DNA of 64,000 nucleotides from Eledone cirrhosa (GCA_964016885.1 OZ024742.1:62434001-62498000); one strand, 5' to 3'; shown: positions 1-13,157, numbered from the stretch's first letter. The notes: generated by a model not told the origin, from the letters alone. Numbers and translations: made by a program.

Positions 1-2226
1 AACAACAGCAAAAACCGATGCCGATCTTCCCCTACATTTCCAGTTGAAGAACATCATCAACAACAACAACATTAAAAGCCGACCGTGTCTTCCTCTCCCG
101 TTACTATTCACCACCACCACCAACAACAACTACAAAAACCAACCATCAATACGGAAGTTGCAGAAATTCGACAGAGTGCCTTGCTTAAAAATCTGCTCGT
201 ATCTCTTGCCGAATCTAAAAGCATCGAGAAAGTCACTGAATCTGCCATCTATGAAGTAATTGCCATTGGTGTATCAAAAGACATAACTGATCTTCAGGAA
301 TTTGCTGGCAACTAGTCCAAGGACCTAGACAATGTTCCTCAAAAAAGTGCTCTCTACCTTGGTTGAACAGGTCCCAAACCCAGACTAATTAAGCTGTCAT
401 TCCCAAGCTCTACTGAGGCATGTGCATACCATTTAAACTCTGATAAGGCTAGGCGTAAAAATCGAATTACCTTTCGAACATGCCTTGGCTTATCACCTGA
501 TATACGCCCAAAGCTACGTGCAGTAGCTTCCTTCAGTCACAACTCAGCATCGCATGAAATTTTTGGCATAGGCGACGATGGGCAGAATTGGACATTTGTT
601 AAGTCTGCTGTGACATGTAAATGGGATACTAGTTGGTCTGAGCATATTGTACCCACAATAGCTGGCAACGAAAAATCTGTGCGAAGCTAAACAAGAACAA
701 CCTGCCATCCCCTATATATCATCATAAACTGAAATTCAAATATAGATTATTATCCTTAAATGATCGTAGTTTATGCTACAAGATTCATCTTTTTTATTCT
801 TATGCCAGTAGTATCGACCCCAATTTTGTTACAGTCACGGAAACATGGGTACATTCTTTACTCTGTTATGGTGACTTTAGCATAGCTGATTACAACTTGT
901 TTCGCAAAGACCGCATTAATTGTCGTAGTGGTGGTATCATGGTCTACGTTCGTTCAAACTTTTCAGCAATTCATTGCGATTATTTGAACCAATCACAACA
1001 AAAAGTATTTTTCTGCAATATAGAAATGACCCTGTCAACACATCTACTTGGAATTGTTTAACGTCCGCCTCCAATTACCATTAAGACACACAGCCTTTTG
1101 ATATCCTCAGGCCTTCTGTCAGGAAAACATCCATTTATGTTCTCATTGCAAGCGCCTTCAATTACCCTGAGATTGATTGGGAAACCTTTCGTTGGCCGCA
1201 AAGTGCAAATGATTTCCTTGAGCTAGTGCTAGATCTGAATTGTTTCCAAGTAGACATCGCATTCACAAGCGGTAACACAGCTTCAGATCTGCTCTTTACC
1301 ATTACTCCTGAAACGGTTATAAGTGTCTCTACTGAGGAACCTTTAGATGACTCTGATCATGCTATGATCATTGCCAATCTGTCTCTTATGGGCAGTATCA
1401 AAAACCACAACAATTTCCAAACTTCTCGCTTTGACTAGAATAAAGCAGACAGGAATTCTTACAACACTGAGCTACAACGCCCAAACTGGCTTGAATTATT
1501 TCGACTCTTGAGATGTGAATACTATACTCCAAAACATCCTGAATTCAATATGGACAGCATGTGCAGCGTCAGTACCACGTAAAACAAAAAAAACAACACC
1601 CCAAAAGTGCAATTTGGGAGACTGCAGCACTCCGACGTGCCAGGAAAGAACGTCGTGATGCTGAATGGGAATACAGACTACATAAGATCAGAGGTTAATA
1701 GAAAAAAGCGCCATAGATCATCTTATCATCTCAAGCAGATGGCAAAAAATGCAGTGCTTGAACAGCATATATCGACCCACCCTGACAGCAAAGTGTTCTG
1801 GAAATATGTACTTTCAAAGCAGAGATCTCACTCTCCAATTGGTCCTATTTGCCATCCCCATACAGGCTGGATTACTGACGGTCCCAAAGAATGCGCAGCG
1901 CGTATTGCTGAATGCTATGAAGGCATTTTGAAAATCAAAATGTACCATCTCTACCACATCTGACATCAAATTCTATAGCAACTAGGAAAGCTACACCTGA
2001 AATGCTGCGACGCTACCATAAGAATAAGCACAACTATGCCCTCGTGGTCTTGCTTCTCATATGTGATGGATACTTTGTTATGCACCATCTTCCACTCTTC
2101 TTTTAATCCTCCCTCTGTTATCCCAGAGCAGTGAAATTCTGTCAGTGTCTTCCTCTGTTCAAAACGTGTGATCGCACGTCACCTGTCAACTATCGTCCAG
2201 TCAGTCTTACTAGTTGCATCGCTAAT
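1..2226 (+). mobile_element. Decayed CR1/L2-group LINE (ORF1 end, APE endonuclease, start of RT), 3'-truncated
   Basis: Frameshifted APE motifs (VTETW, YNLFRKDR..GGG, RPP, FNYPEIDW, SDH) at about 740-1440; SKVFWKYV linker at ~1790; NYRPVSLTSCIA RT-start motif at ~2188-2223. Confidence 0.75.
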
Positions 2227-2633
2227 GTACATGATATATCGTATCTTTTAGAATTGGGTAAAATAATTACCAATCTCTAACTACTGGGAACCAATGAATT
2301 TTAATTAATTAAAATTTCACCCGTGGTGAGGAAAATAAAACAGATTAATGATAAATTCTGCTCAAGAAATGAAATCAGTGGAGGCAACCCACAAATAATA
2401 ATTGATTTAAATTAATAAGTAACATAATAGCATAGATCTCATATCTGTGAGGAGGTGTTGTATCCCTTACATCAACCCTTTAGTACATATCTGGTAATTA
2501 ATTATCAACCCCAGGTAAATGAAGACAGATTCGAACCTGACATGCCTTTAAATATCACCTGATATTTAGCTTACCTTTCTAAACATTCTTTCAATCTATT
2601 GATTTATAAAACTATTTTTCTTTAATTTTACAG

Positions 2634-2683
2634 AATCTTATTCAGCAGCTGATTCTTTGTCAATTTATGTAAAGTTGACATAA
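2634..2683 (+). CDS. Candidate terminal coding exon (xSYSAADSLSIYVKLT*) of a host gene
   Basis: Strong polypyrimidine acceptor ttttctttaattttacag, a short open frame to TAA, and AATAAA at ~2842. Short, so it could be chance. Confidence 0.3.
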
Positions 2684-3085
2684 AAACTTGACAAGATTAT
2701 ACCACAGTATTTAAAGTAGAAGACTTTAGAGAACGAGAAAAACGACCTCTTAGTTCTACAGGACTTTCATTCACATATATTTTATAGCGGAAACTGGTAC
2801 AACTGCAACACAGGTACCTCATAAGCATAGATTACAAGCTAATAAAAGTATCTTAGACGTCACATCACATAATTTAGCACATCCTATATCACTTGAAGTG
2901 CAACACATATGGTGGCACATTAAATGTAGAATTATATAACATAAACAGGGCTACATATATCATTATTATCTTACATGTATTGCTTGCCTCGTGCCAAATG
3001 TAGAAACAATTACTATTTTCCATGAATAAATGCCAGCATGTTTATGTGTGTGTATATGATTATGTGTTTGTGCATGTTTATACTT

Positions 3086-3158
3086 GTACATACATACATA
3101 CATGATGGCTGCCTCCTCGTTATCGAGTATGGCCATTGCACGAGACGAAAAAAAAAAA

Positions 3159-3191
<33 letters not shown>

Positions 3192-3257
3192 AAAAAAAAA
3201 AAATAAATAAATAAATAAAAAAATAAATAAATAAAAAAGAAATATATATATACATAT

Positions 3258-3305
<48 letters not shown>

Positions 3306-4878
3306 ACACATATACACACATACATTAATAACAATAATAATAATAATAATAACAACAATAATAATAACGACAACAGCAATAATAATATACATATACATAT
3401 ATATATATACACACACACGCACACACATAAGCATATCTACGCACACATACACGATAGCAACTAACAGCGCTGCGATCGAATGTGGCTTTTTAGCCCAGCC
3501 AATGATCTAAAATGTCTTGCACAGAGTCGGCAACCAAAACATTCACTGGGAATAGTCGGCTGTGGTTGGAGTTCGTGTACTTTTGCATGTCGCTTGAGCC
3601 CTCCTGCTGATTTACATTCTCTACCACATGTTTGGCAAGCATGATGAGTAGCATCCCCAACAGCAGCCTGGTAGTCAACCACTGGTCTTACTTTATGACT
3701 GCGAAGATGACTTTCGAGTCCAATTTTGCTTAGGCAGAGTCTCGCACATACGCTCCATGTCAGCACCATAGGAGGACCCTCGCCGTCTGGAAGTGCAACA
3801 GCAATGCCCTTCCTCACATCCCGCTTTACTTTCTCGTATGCGATTCGAGATGCCTCAAAGGCAACTTTTCCCTCATATACAGTCTTTCTCCATTTATTAC
3901 GATCAGCAGCAATATTTTCACATGTATCAGCAGAGATGTTAACGTCTTTCAGAGAGGCTTCAAGGAATCCTTATACCTCTTTTTTAGTTTATGTGGCGGT
4001 TGTTTTCCTTTAACCAACTCTCCATAAAAGAGTTGTTTTGGTATTCTAGAATCCTTCATCCTGGCAAGGTGACAACTCCAACAGAGTCGTTGCTTAAGCA
4101 CAAGAGCTTCTATACTGTCACACATAGAGCTTTCCAAAATCTCGACATCACTGATGTGGTCCCTCCAGTGAACGCCATGGATCCGTCTGAGACACATCTG
4201 ATGGAAACGCTCCAATTGCTTAAGGTGGTGTCGATATGTGACCCAGGTCTCGCAGGCATAAAGATGACAAGAGAGCACACATGCCCTGTACACCTTTACC
4301 TTTGTCCTCCTGCATATGTCTCGCCGACCCCAGAGTCGCCTTTCTAGCTTTCCGAAAGCATCACTTGCTTTCCTAATCCTAAGTGAGATTTCACTGTCTA
4401 GATTGCTGTATCGATTGACAGTGCTTCCCAAGTAGACAAACTGATCAACCACTCCAAGTCGTTTGCCATACACATAGATGTTTGGTTCAGTGTACTGCTT
4501 ACCAGGGGCAGGTTGGTACATGACGACGGTTTTCTTGAGACTGACAGTCAGACCTAGGGCAGTGCAAGCGTCAGAAAAATCATTCAAAATGTGCTGCATA
4601 TGACTCTCTGTGTGCGCTACAAGATCGCAATCATCTGCATACAAGAGGTCTCTTATGATTGATGTAAATACTTTTGTCTTCGCATTAAAGCGCCTGATGT
4701 TAAATATGCTGTCTGAGGTTCGATATAGGATGTAAACACCATGCTCGCAATTCCTGAATGCGATACAGAAAACCATTGCAAAGTATATGGCAAACAGGGT
4801 CGGTGCTGGAATATCCCCCTGTTTCACTCCATTTTTTACTGAGATAGGCTCCGACATGTTACCCCCGACATTAACCCA
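3086..4878 (-). mobile_element. 5'-truncated RTE-clade LINE: RT domain plus three C-terminal C2H2 zinc-finger-like motifs
   Basis: ORF 3949..4935: GVKQGD.PAPTLF, LLYADD, FVYLGS, YACETW, RIPKQLFYGEL. ORF 3461..3817: CARLCLSKIGLESHLRSH, CQTCGRECKSAGGLKRHAKVH, CRLCARHFRSLAGLKSHIRSQ. The 3' end at ~3147-3086 finishes in (ATGT)n. Confidence 0.9.
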
Positions 4879-4906
4879 TACATACATACATACATACATA
4901 CATACA

Positions 4907-4935
<29 letters not shown>
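4876..4935. repeat. (TACA)n microsatellite
   Basis: Direct reading. Confidence 0.95.
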
Positions 4936-4937
<2 letters not shown>

Positions 4938-5883
4938 CATTAGAATAACCACTGATCTGGAGGAGAGATATGGAATAAAGCCTGATATAAATCTCTCACC
5001 CAGAGAAATCGGAAGATCCTATTCAATGTTCAAACAAGATGAAAAAATTGACCAATTTATAGAAAAAGTTGTGCATGGACACTTGAGACGTAAAACACAG
5101 ACCATAGAGGAGATAAACCACTCAAAAAGCCTGACATGGAGTTCCGACAAGTTTATGACATCACACCTTGAGATATATCTCTATGCAATACAGGAACAAG
5201 AACTCCCTACCAAATATCTGCTGCACAAAAGAGGAGGGCCATCAGCTGACAATAAATGTAGGCTATATAAAACAAAGATCTAGGATGTAAGCCACATTGT
5301 TGCCAGCTGCGAAAGAATGTCATCTCGCTACTACCTCCCCATGAAACACGATGGGATAGCTAGAACCATCTGGAATGCACTTCGGAAAACAAAATTAACA
5401 ACAAACGAGGAAGAATATATTGAGTCAGATGGCACTAAGGAATACTGGTGGAACCTGAAAATAAAAACTGCCACCAAATTAAAGCACAACCGGCCTGATA
5501 TTGTTGTTTGGGACCACACATTGAAAACGTGTTCTGTTGTGGAGATCAGCTGCCCACTTGATGTAAACGTTGTCAGAAAAATACAGGAGAAGGAGGACAT
5601 CTACGGACCATTGATGAGGAGTTTACAAATCCAGTATCCAAGATACACATTGAGCTTCATACCCATCATTATTGGAGCTACGGGTTATATACCAACCCGC
5701 TTGGACCAAAGTATGACTGAATTTGGATTTGCGGATAAAGAGCGCAGCACCCTAATTCATAGTCTACAAATGGCTGCGATAGCTGGCACGTTCAAAATTT
5801 GCAAAACATTCTTGCGATTCAAGGGATGACAATTTCTTTTCTTTTACAACCTTGCCACCAGGAAGGTGGCCGGTCAAAAAAAA
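4936..5883 (+). mobile_element. 3' fragment of an R4/Dong-like (restriction-like endonuclease) non-LTR element, copy 1
   Basis: AIQEQELPTKY, KCRL..HIVASC zinc knuckle, KHDGIA, HNRPDIVVWD, VVEISCP, PIIIGATG motifs (ORFs 5026..5283 and 5317..5829). Confidence 0.85.
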
Positions 5884-6576
5884 TATACTCGAAATTAAGA
5901 GAAAGAGATAACATGCATACATACAAAGAGGAGGACCATCAGTCGACAATAAATGTAGGCTTTGTAAAACAAAGATCGAAGATGTTAACCACATTGTCGC
6001 CAACTACAAAAGAATGTCGTCTAGCTACTACCTCCCTATGAGACACGATGTGATAGCTAGAACCATCTGGAGCGCACTTAGGAAAACAAAATCAAATCAA
6101 ATGAGGAGGAATGTGTTGAGATAGATGGCACTAAGGAATACTGGTGGAAATTGAAAATAAAAACTGCCACCAAATTAAAACACAGCCGGCCTGATATTGT
6201 TGTTTGGGACCACACATTGAAAACGTGCTCTGTTGTAGAGATCAGCTGCCCACTTGATGTCAACGTTGTAAGAAAAATACAAGAGAAGGAGGACATCTAC
6301 GGACCATTGATGAGGAGTTTGCAGATCCAATATCCAAGATACACCTTCAGCTTCATACCTATCATTATTGGAGCTACAGATTATATACCAACCCGCTTGG
6401 ACCAAAGCATAACTGAACTTGAATTTGTGGGAAAAGAGCGCAGCTCCCTAATTCATAGATTACAAATGGCTGCTATAGCTGGCACCGTCAAATTTTGCAA
6501 AACATTCTTGCGATTCAAGGGAAGATAATATATTTTCTTTTACAACCTTGCCACCAGGAAGGTGGCCGGTCAAAAA
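5884..6576 (+). mobile_element. Tandem second 3' fragment of the same R4/Dong-like family
   Basis: Near-identical RLE translation (6151..6528) and the same terminus caaccttgccaccaggaaggtggccggtcaaaa. Confidence 0.85.
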
Positions 6577-6601
6577 TGTACTCTACATACATATATATAT
6601 A

Positions 6602-7400
6602 TTTCTCGGATGAGGTTTACCAACAGATGACTGGGGTCGCAATGGGCACAAGAATGGGCCCCGACTACGCCAACTTATTCGTTGGCATTGTGGCGGCTCA
6701 AATCTTTGCCCAATACACGGGTCCCACCTCGGAGCTATATGGTTAGTACCTCGACGACTGTATCAGCGCTTCCTCACTCACTCGAGAACATTTTAAGTCT
6801 TTCCTCTTCTTCTTCTGCCCTTTCCACTCCACCCTTGACTTCACCACCTCCATATCCACCACTTCAGTCCACTTCCTCGACATCTCTCTTTCTATCGAAT
6901 ACCCATTGCTCCCTAATCTCTTACACCTTCTTTAAACCCATCGACTCTCACTCCTACCTCGATTTCACCTCCTTGTCCCCTACCTACACCAAGCACTCCT
7001 CCGCCACCGACTTTGCAGTTGAACCCATTTTTTAGGCCGAAGCGCAATATATGGCTTGACTTATCACTCGACGAAGGTACCCACCAGACCTGGTCCAGTC
7101 CGCCCTCACCCGAGCCCGGGAGATCAATTACACCACCACACTATCGCCCCCTAACCACAGGCTACCCTTGCCCCTCACCTACCACTCCTCCACTTTGCCT
7201 CTCCAGAGGACGATCCTCCGTATCTTCCGCATCCACCTCATCCATCTTCCATCTCCCAACTCTCCCATCTTCATCATACCCATCTCCCTTTCACTCACAC
7301 ACACATGGACAACCCCAACTACACATGAACTCCTTCACCAGCGCACCCGCCCATATACACCAGCACATGCACCAGTGCATCGTCTCTATAAATTCCTACT
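6602..7400 (+). mobile_element. Decayed Penelope-like element, RT fragment
   Basis: YQQMTGVAMGTRMGPDYANLFVG, YLDD, HFLDI, FKPIDSHSYLDFTS, RRYP and PLTYH motifs typical of PLE RT/thumb. Confidence 0.85.
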
Positions 7401-7949
7401 TGGGAGTTATCAAATTCCCTATGGATATTATGGGCTATGTAAATTCCGGCTACGTCTGTAACCTGCGCCGAATTGCTGGAGGCCATAGCGATATCGAAGC
7501 TGTTTTTTCTATAACGCCATTCTTAGTACTGGTTCTCAAATTTAATAAATGTTCACCTAGCTGCTATTACTATCTTAATTTCATCTATCTAAAGCGAGTG
7601 CCTTATTTAGGAGTTATGGATGAATAGTAATCGTTTATATTAAACTGTATAAACTTGGAGACACCTTTACTATCTATTTCACTAAACAAGTTAACCGCCT
7701 CCCTAGTGTTACCCCATAGTTTCATTTCTATTTTATTCCTAATTTGTGCTATTTTACTAGGATGTGTTTGCTAATTTTTCCTATGTCTGATTTTGGTGAA
7801 CATATTAGTCTAGTGGAAACGTTTGTTTCGAAATTGCGTTTGTCGTCTTTTAAGTTAAACGTGGAGCTACAGGACTCACATCCGGCAATAAAACATATGT
7901 AAATGCTAGAAATAAATCCTATTGTATCGCTTATCTGTGTAAATGTGTA

Positions 7950-7950
7950 T

Positions 7951-8043
<93 letters not shown>
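7950..8043. repeat. (TC)n(TA)n microsatellite
   Basis: Direct reading. Confidence 0.95.
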
Positions 8044-8045
<2 letters not shown>

Positions 8046-8592
8046 AAATAACAGGAGGCTGGACTGGTGTAATTCCTTAAAAGGTTTATTATACTATGAT
8101 CATTTCAATGACCGGGTTCAGTATGTGACATCATCAGGTATTCGAAATATAACAAAGGAATATAATAGACAAAATCCATAGGGCTGAAAATCAGAGACAT
8201 GAGGGCGACCGAACATTTAACAGCTTCTACCCCGGTCGGCCATCCTCAAGTCCCTGATTTTCGACCGGGGTAGAAGCTGCTAAATGTTCGGTCGTTCTCA
8301 TGTCTCTGATTTTCAGCCCTATGGATTTTGTCTATTATATTCCTTTGTTATATTTCGAATACCTGATGATGTCACCGGATCCATACTGAACCCGATCATT
8401 GAAATTATCATAGTATAATAAACCTTTTAAGGAATTACACCAGTCCCCAGCCTCCTGTTATTTTATTTTATAATAATTAACTCCGTACTCGCACCACCAA
8501 CTACACAAACGAAGACGGGTGAGTTGCATAATATTACATCGAGGTTGACCATACGGAATGACCAGTTCTATCCAGTGGTGAACCAACAAACC

Positions 8593-8595
<3 letters not shown>
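8044..8595 (+). mobile_element. PLE pseudo-LTR with inverted 5' copy (foldback; arms ~8044-8238 and ~8262-8465)
   Basis: Two ~195-bp arms are reverse complements around a 23-nt spacer; contains an HHR motif; (TA)n on both sides. Confidence 0.75.
8359..8416 (+). ncRNA. Type I hammerhead ribozyme motif (family 1), with a second copy on the minus strand at ~8091-8142
   Basis: atac-CTGATGA-[stem II region]-GAAA-t(g/t)atca-TA-gtat: stem I atac/gtat; palindromic TGATCA stem III in the inverted copy. Confidence 0.6.
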
Positions 8596-8635
<40 letters not shown>

Positions 8636-8643
<8 letters not shown>

Positions 8644-9175
8644 ATACTTGGGGAGAGTCATATTTGTGTAATATTGCCAGAATTAATAACAGAACACACT
8701 CACTGTTTGGTTGGTTTTCGCTTTTCGCTTCTGTGTCTTTTATATCGGTAATCTAATTTATTCGGTCCTCAATGTTGCCATTGACTGACCAACGGTAAAA
8801 AATAATACAGATACAATATAGACACAAAGATGGCGTAGAAAATACAATGCAACGGGAGGAAACAATAGCACCACTGACGATGTTGCAGATGTGCAACGAA
8901 AGAACTTTGATGAACTATATATATGTGTTTGTGTCTATATTGTATCTGTATTATTTTTGACCGTTGGTCAGTCAATGGCAACATTGAGGACCGAATAAAT
9001 TAGATTACCGATAAAAAAGACACAGAAGCAAACAGCGAAAACCAACCAAACAGTGAGTGTGTTCTGTTATTAATTCTGGCAATATTACACAAATATGACT
9101 CTCCCCAAGTATAACAATATTTGTTTCGACACACGATTTCATATCAAAAACCTCGCAAAACTAATTCATCGCCGT
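8636..9175 (+). mobile_element. PLE 3' end/pLTR (same family as 14548-15530) with inverted 5' arm (8636-8829 vs 8927-9120)
   Basis: Arms are reverse complements; the sequence matches the 3' UTR of the GIY-YIG PLE at 14.5-15.5 kb; (TA)n-flanked. Confidence 0.85.
8869..8912 (+). ncRNA. Minimal type I hammerhead ribozyme motif (family 2)
   Basis: cacca-CTGACGA-t-gttgca-gatg-tgcaac-GAAA-gaactt-tgatg: perfect 6-bp stem II, degenerate stems I and III. Confidence 0.65.
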
Positions 9176-9201
9176 TATATATATATATATATATATATAT
9201 A

Positions 9202-9994
9202 TTTGGCAACATACCGTATGTTTAATTAAAAACATTTTGAAGACCTTGCGCTATCATTTTTAAAGTAGTGACTATGTCACTTACTTCTTTTTTCGGCAAA
9301 AGAATGGAGAGAAGCTGACAGATTCTGTTTCACGCTGTTGGGGAACGTCAGAGCATCACCTTTGTCGAAAATTATAGAGGCTGGATTCTTATAGAATTCC
9401 AGTAATAATCAGGAACTGATTATACAGAACGATTGCCGGTCCAGCAAAAATTAAAAATTAGGATTGGTGCTCTGAAATAGCGATGTATACACGAATGTAT
9501 GTATAGTATATCTGGCAATATACCGTATGTTTAATTAAAACTCTCCCTTCTTTTGCTTCCCAAAAAAGTAAGTGACATAGTCACTACTTTAAAATGATAG
9601 CGCAAGGTCTTCAAAATGTTTTTAATTAAACATACGGTATATTGCCAAATATACTATACATACATTCATGTATACATCGCTATTTCAGAGCACCAATCCT
9701 AATTTTTAATTTTTGCTGGACCGGCAATCGCTCTGTATAATCAGTTCCTGATTATTACTGGAATTCTATAAGAATCCAGCCTCTATAATTTTCGGCAAAG
9801 GATCGCCAACAGCATGAAACAGAATCTGTCAGGTTCTCTTCCTTCTGTTGACGAAAAAAGAAGTAAGTGGCATAGTCACTACTTTAAAAATGATAGTGCA
9901 AGGTCTTCAAAATGTTTTTAATTAAACATACAGTATATTGCCAAATATACTATACATACATTCATGTATACATCGCTATTTCAGAGCACCAATC

Positions 9995-9998
<4 letters not shown>
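9202..9998. mobile_element. ~300-320-nt tandem repeat family (putative non-LTR retrozyme), locus 1: minus-oriented 9202-9540, plus-oriented 9541-9998
   Basis: The unit repeats in each orientation; damaged HHRs at ~9312-9355 (-) and ~9805-9835 (+); (TA)n flanks; no ORF. Confidence 0.75.
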
Positions 9999-10053
<55 letters not shown>

Positions 10054-10096
10054 ATGATATTAATAAATGGAAACTATATTTATAAGATCATATTTA

Positions 10097-10155
10097 TTTT
10101 ATTATATATATTTCAAGAGTACCAAAAACTTTGGTACGCTCTCATCAGATACAAT
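10097..10155 (-). ncRNA. Type I hammerhead motif in the inverted pLTR of the 10-13 kb PLE
   Basis: Minus strand reads gtat-CTGATGA-gagcgtaccaaagtttttggtactctt-GAAA-tatata-TA-ataa, with stem II gtacca/tggtac. Confidence 0.6.
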
Positions 10156-12120
10156 ACAAAATTTGTTTTATAAATAGAAACGAGATCTTATCGGTTCAGG
10201 TTCCGTTTGGATAGTGAAAGGTAAAGGAAAAATAAAAAATAAAAATATGTCAAATCTTTAGGATGGATGTGTAAATGAAGTAGAAGCGTAGACTGAAAAA
10301 GTTGTTATATTTAGACGCTAGGTAAATTTAAATGATTATTAGGATACTTTATAAAGGAAGAAGAAAGAAGAAAGTAAATTTAAAAATTAAAAATGTGTTG
10401 AAGTGGTAGAATACTAATCTAAAAATTTTAAATATATAACCAAATCATAAGTTATAATATCATATAGATAATCCTTATAATTATATTTTATGAAGAATTA
10501 CGGTTGTAAGTACACTTAAGCTTCTTATATTACAACAGGTCATTTATATAAATATTTATATTTATATAAATAAATAAAAATATTAAAATTATTGGTGATT
10601 ATATAGTTGTTATTTTAAGTAGATAAATAATTCAAATATTATTTTATAATTTAAGGGTTACGAAAGATATTGTGTTTACATTTTCAATATATAGTTAAGA
10701 AAAAGACGTAGTTCAAATTTTATTAGAGAAGAACTTTTTGTACCTTCAAATAGTTCCATCGAGATAGAAAACATTTACCGAAAATGATTAAGTTAACGAA
10801 ATTATAGAGAATTTATTATTTATGTTGTTAAGAAGAGAGGATGCTTATGCGTGCTACATTTTAAAGGAAAAGATAACTCCAATGTTTCTTAGTTACACTA
10901 TTTACGTTAGATTTGTCATTTATATTAGAATTTACTTACAAAAACGGAATGTATGTAGAGAAAATGTTATATATTATTTTGTGTATGATTATAAGGTATT
11001 TTATATTACATGTTTTCAAAGATGAGAATTTCTTTTATATATGAATTTAGATATTATTCAATTAGGAAGAAAATATTATTACAGACATCATGAGTGTATT
11101 TAGAAACTATCACAAAAAAGGATATATTTCAAAATATCAATTAAAAAATATATATCAATTAAAAAATATATCAATTAAACAAATATATCTTACTTATATA
11201 CGTTACTTTTAATCGAAAACCATAGCAATAGTAGGAAAAAGAAATCTATCATAGAATGTTTCAATAACTACAACCTTAAATTAGAAAGTAAGAATAACTT
11301 CTTAGATGTAACTTTAAACCTTAGCTCAGGTCTATATTATCCTTTACATAAAATTAATGAAAACCTAAACTACATAAGCTTCAATTCTAATCATCCTAGG
11401 GATATAAAAAATACTATTGTCAATAGTGTCCAGCAAAGAATTTCACGCATTTCAGCTAATAAAAATATTTTTGATAATAAGGCAGAATATTACAATGATG
11501 CTTTACATAGAGCTGGCTAAAATTAAATAATAAATTAAATAATAAACATTTTAACTTAAATAATAAATCAAGCAAAAGAACTAGAACTAGAAATATTATT
11601 TAGTACTCTCCCTCAAACTCATTAGGGGTTAAAACACCTGTAGCAAATCTATTTATCAAAGCATTAGATAAATGCTTTCCAAATCCCATAGATACCATTC
11701 TATTTTTAACAGACATACTATAAAACTATCTTACTTTACTACTATGAACATAGCACAAAATATAAATAGAATTAATAATAGAAACTTAAATTTAAACCTA
11801 AACCAAATAAACCAAGATAACAATATTAATATTACTAATAACAGTATTAATAATAATAATAATCGTACCATTCCTATAGACAATAACTCTCTAAAATGTA
11901 ACTGTAGAAATGAATCAAATTGCCCTTTACAGAATAATTGCCTAGATAAAAACTTAGTATACAAATGCACGGTAAAAACTAGAGATAAAATATATAACTA
12001 TATAGGTGCCACTCCTACAAAATTTAAAGAACGCTGGTATAATCATAAACATACTTTTAATAGGTCCGATAAAAATGTTCTACATCACTTTCACATCTAA
12101 TTTTGTACTTAAAAGACAAT

Positions 12121-12506
12121 AATTGTTTCTACGTTAGGCACAAGGCCAACAATTACCCAGTGTATTACTGGTACTTTATTTTATCGATCCCGTAAGGATG
12201 AAAGGCAAAGTTAATCTCGGCGGGATTTGAACTCAGAATGGCAAGGGCCGTAACTCTATGCGTCGAAGCAAGGCGTTTGACCCTCTACCAATACTGCCAA
12301 TCCACCGCCCTTAAAACACAATAATTGTTTCTACTTTAGGCACAAGGCCAGCAAATTACCCAGTGCATTACTGGTACTTTATTTTATCGACCCCGTAAGG
12401 ATGAAAGGCAAAGTCAACCTCGGCGGGATTTGAACTCAGATCATAAAGGGACGTAACTATGCTGGAAAGCATGGCGTCCGACCCTCTACTGATACTACCA
12501 ATCCAC
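12121..12506 (-). mobile_element. Two tandem tRNA-derived CORE-type SINE copies inserted in the PLE
   Basis: B-box gagttcaaatccc, then gccgagg..actttgcctttcatccttacggggtcgataaaataaagtaccag, tail agaaacaatta; flanking aaagacaataa duplicated. Confidence 0.85.
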
Positions 12507-13120
12507 TTAAAAGACAATAATATTGACTATTCAATCTCTTGGGGAACAATTTCGAAAGCACCCGCATACCGAAATATGACTCTCTGAAGAATCTGTCATT
12601 TGTGTATTGAAGAAATGTTTTATATACTTACCTGCCAAATGTCTCCAAATGCTTCTGTCGATGTTTAGTGGTGATTTTTAAATGATATTTTTCTTTTTAT
12701 GTAATATTTTTACAAATTATTTTTATAAATGACATTCTTTTCCAATTGATATTCTTCTTATTGTTTTTTTAATTGATATATTTTTTCAATTGATATATTT
12801 TTTTAATTGATATATATTTTTTAATTGATATTTTGAAATATATCCTTTTTTGTGATAGTTTCTAAATACACTCATGATATCTGTAATAATATTTTCTTCC
12901 TAATTGAATATAAAGATAATATCTAAATACGTATATAAAAGAAATTCTCATCTTTGAAAACATGTAATATAAAATACCTCATAATCATACACAAATTAAT
13001 ATATAAAATTTTCTCTACATACATTCCGTTTTTTTAAAACTAAATTCTAATATAAATGACAACTCTAACATAAATAGTGTAACTAAGAAACATTGGAGTT
13101 ATATTTTCCTTTAAAATGTA

Positions 13121-13157
<37 letters not shown>

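Larger units (their letters stand above)
10032..13121 (+). mobile_element. Decayed Penelope-like element (CxCx5C linker, Hydra-like) with inverted pLTR at its 5' side
   Basis: NFLDVTLNL, YYPL, SNHP, and CNCRNESNCPL..CL..NLVYKC..YIGAT..FKERWYNHK (11672..12100). Segment ~10855-11178 is the reverse complement of ~12770-13121. Interrupted by two SINEs. Confidence 0.85.

Noticed and set aside
2250-2420. Missing exon 4 of the host gene in inverted orientation
   Set aside because: In-frame stops in the relevant frames and no compatible splice phase.
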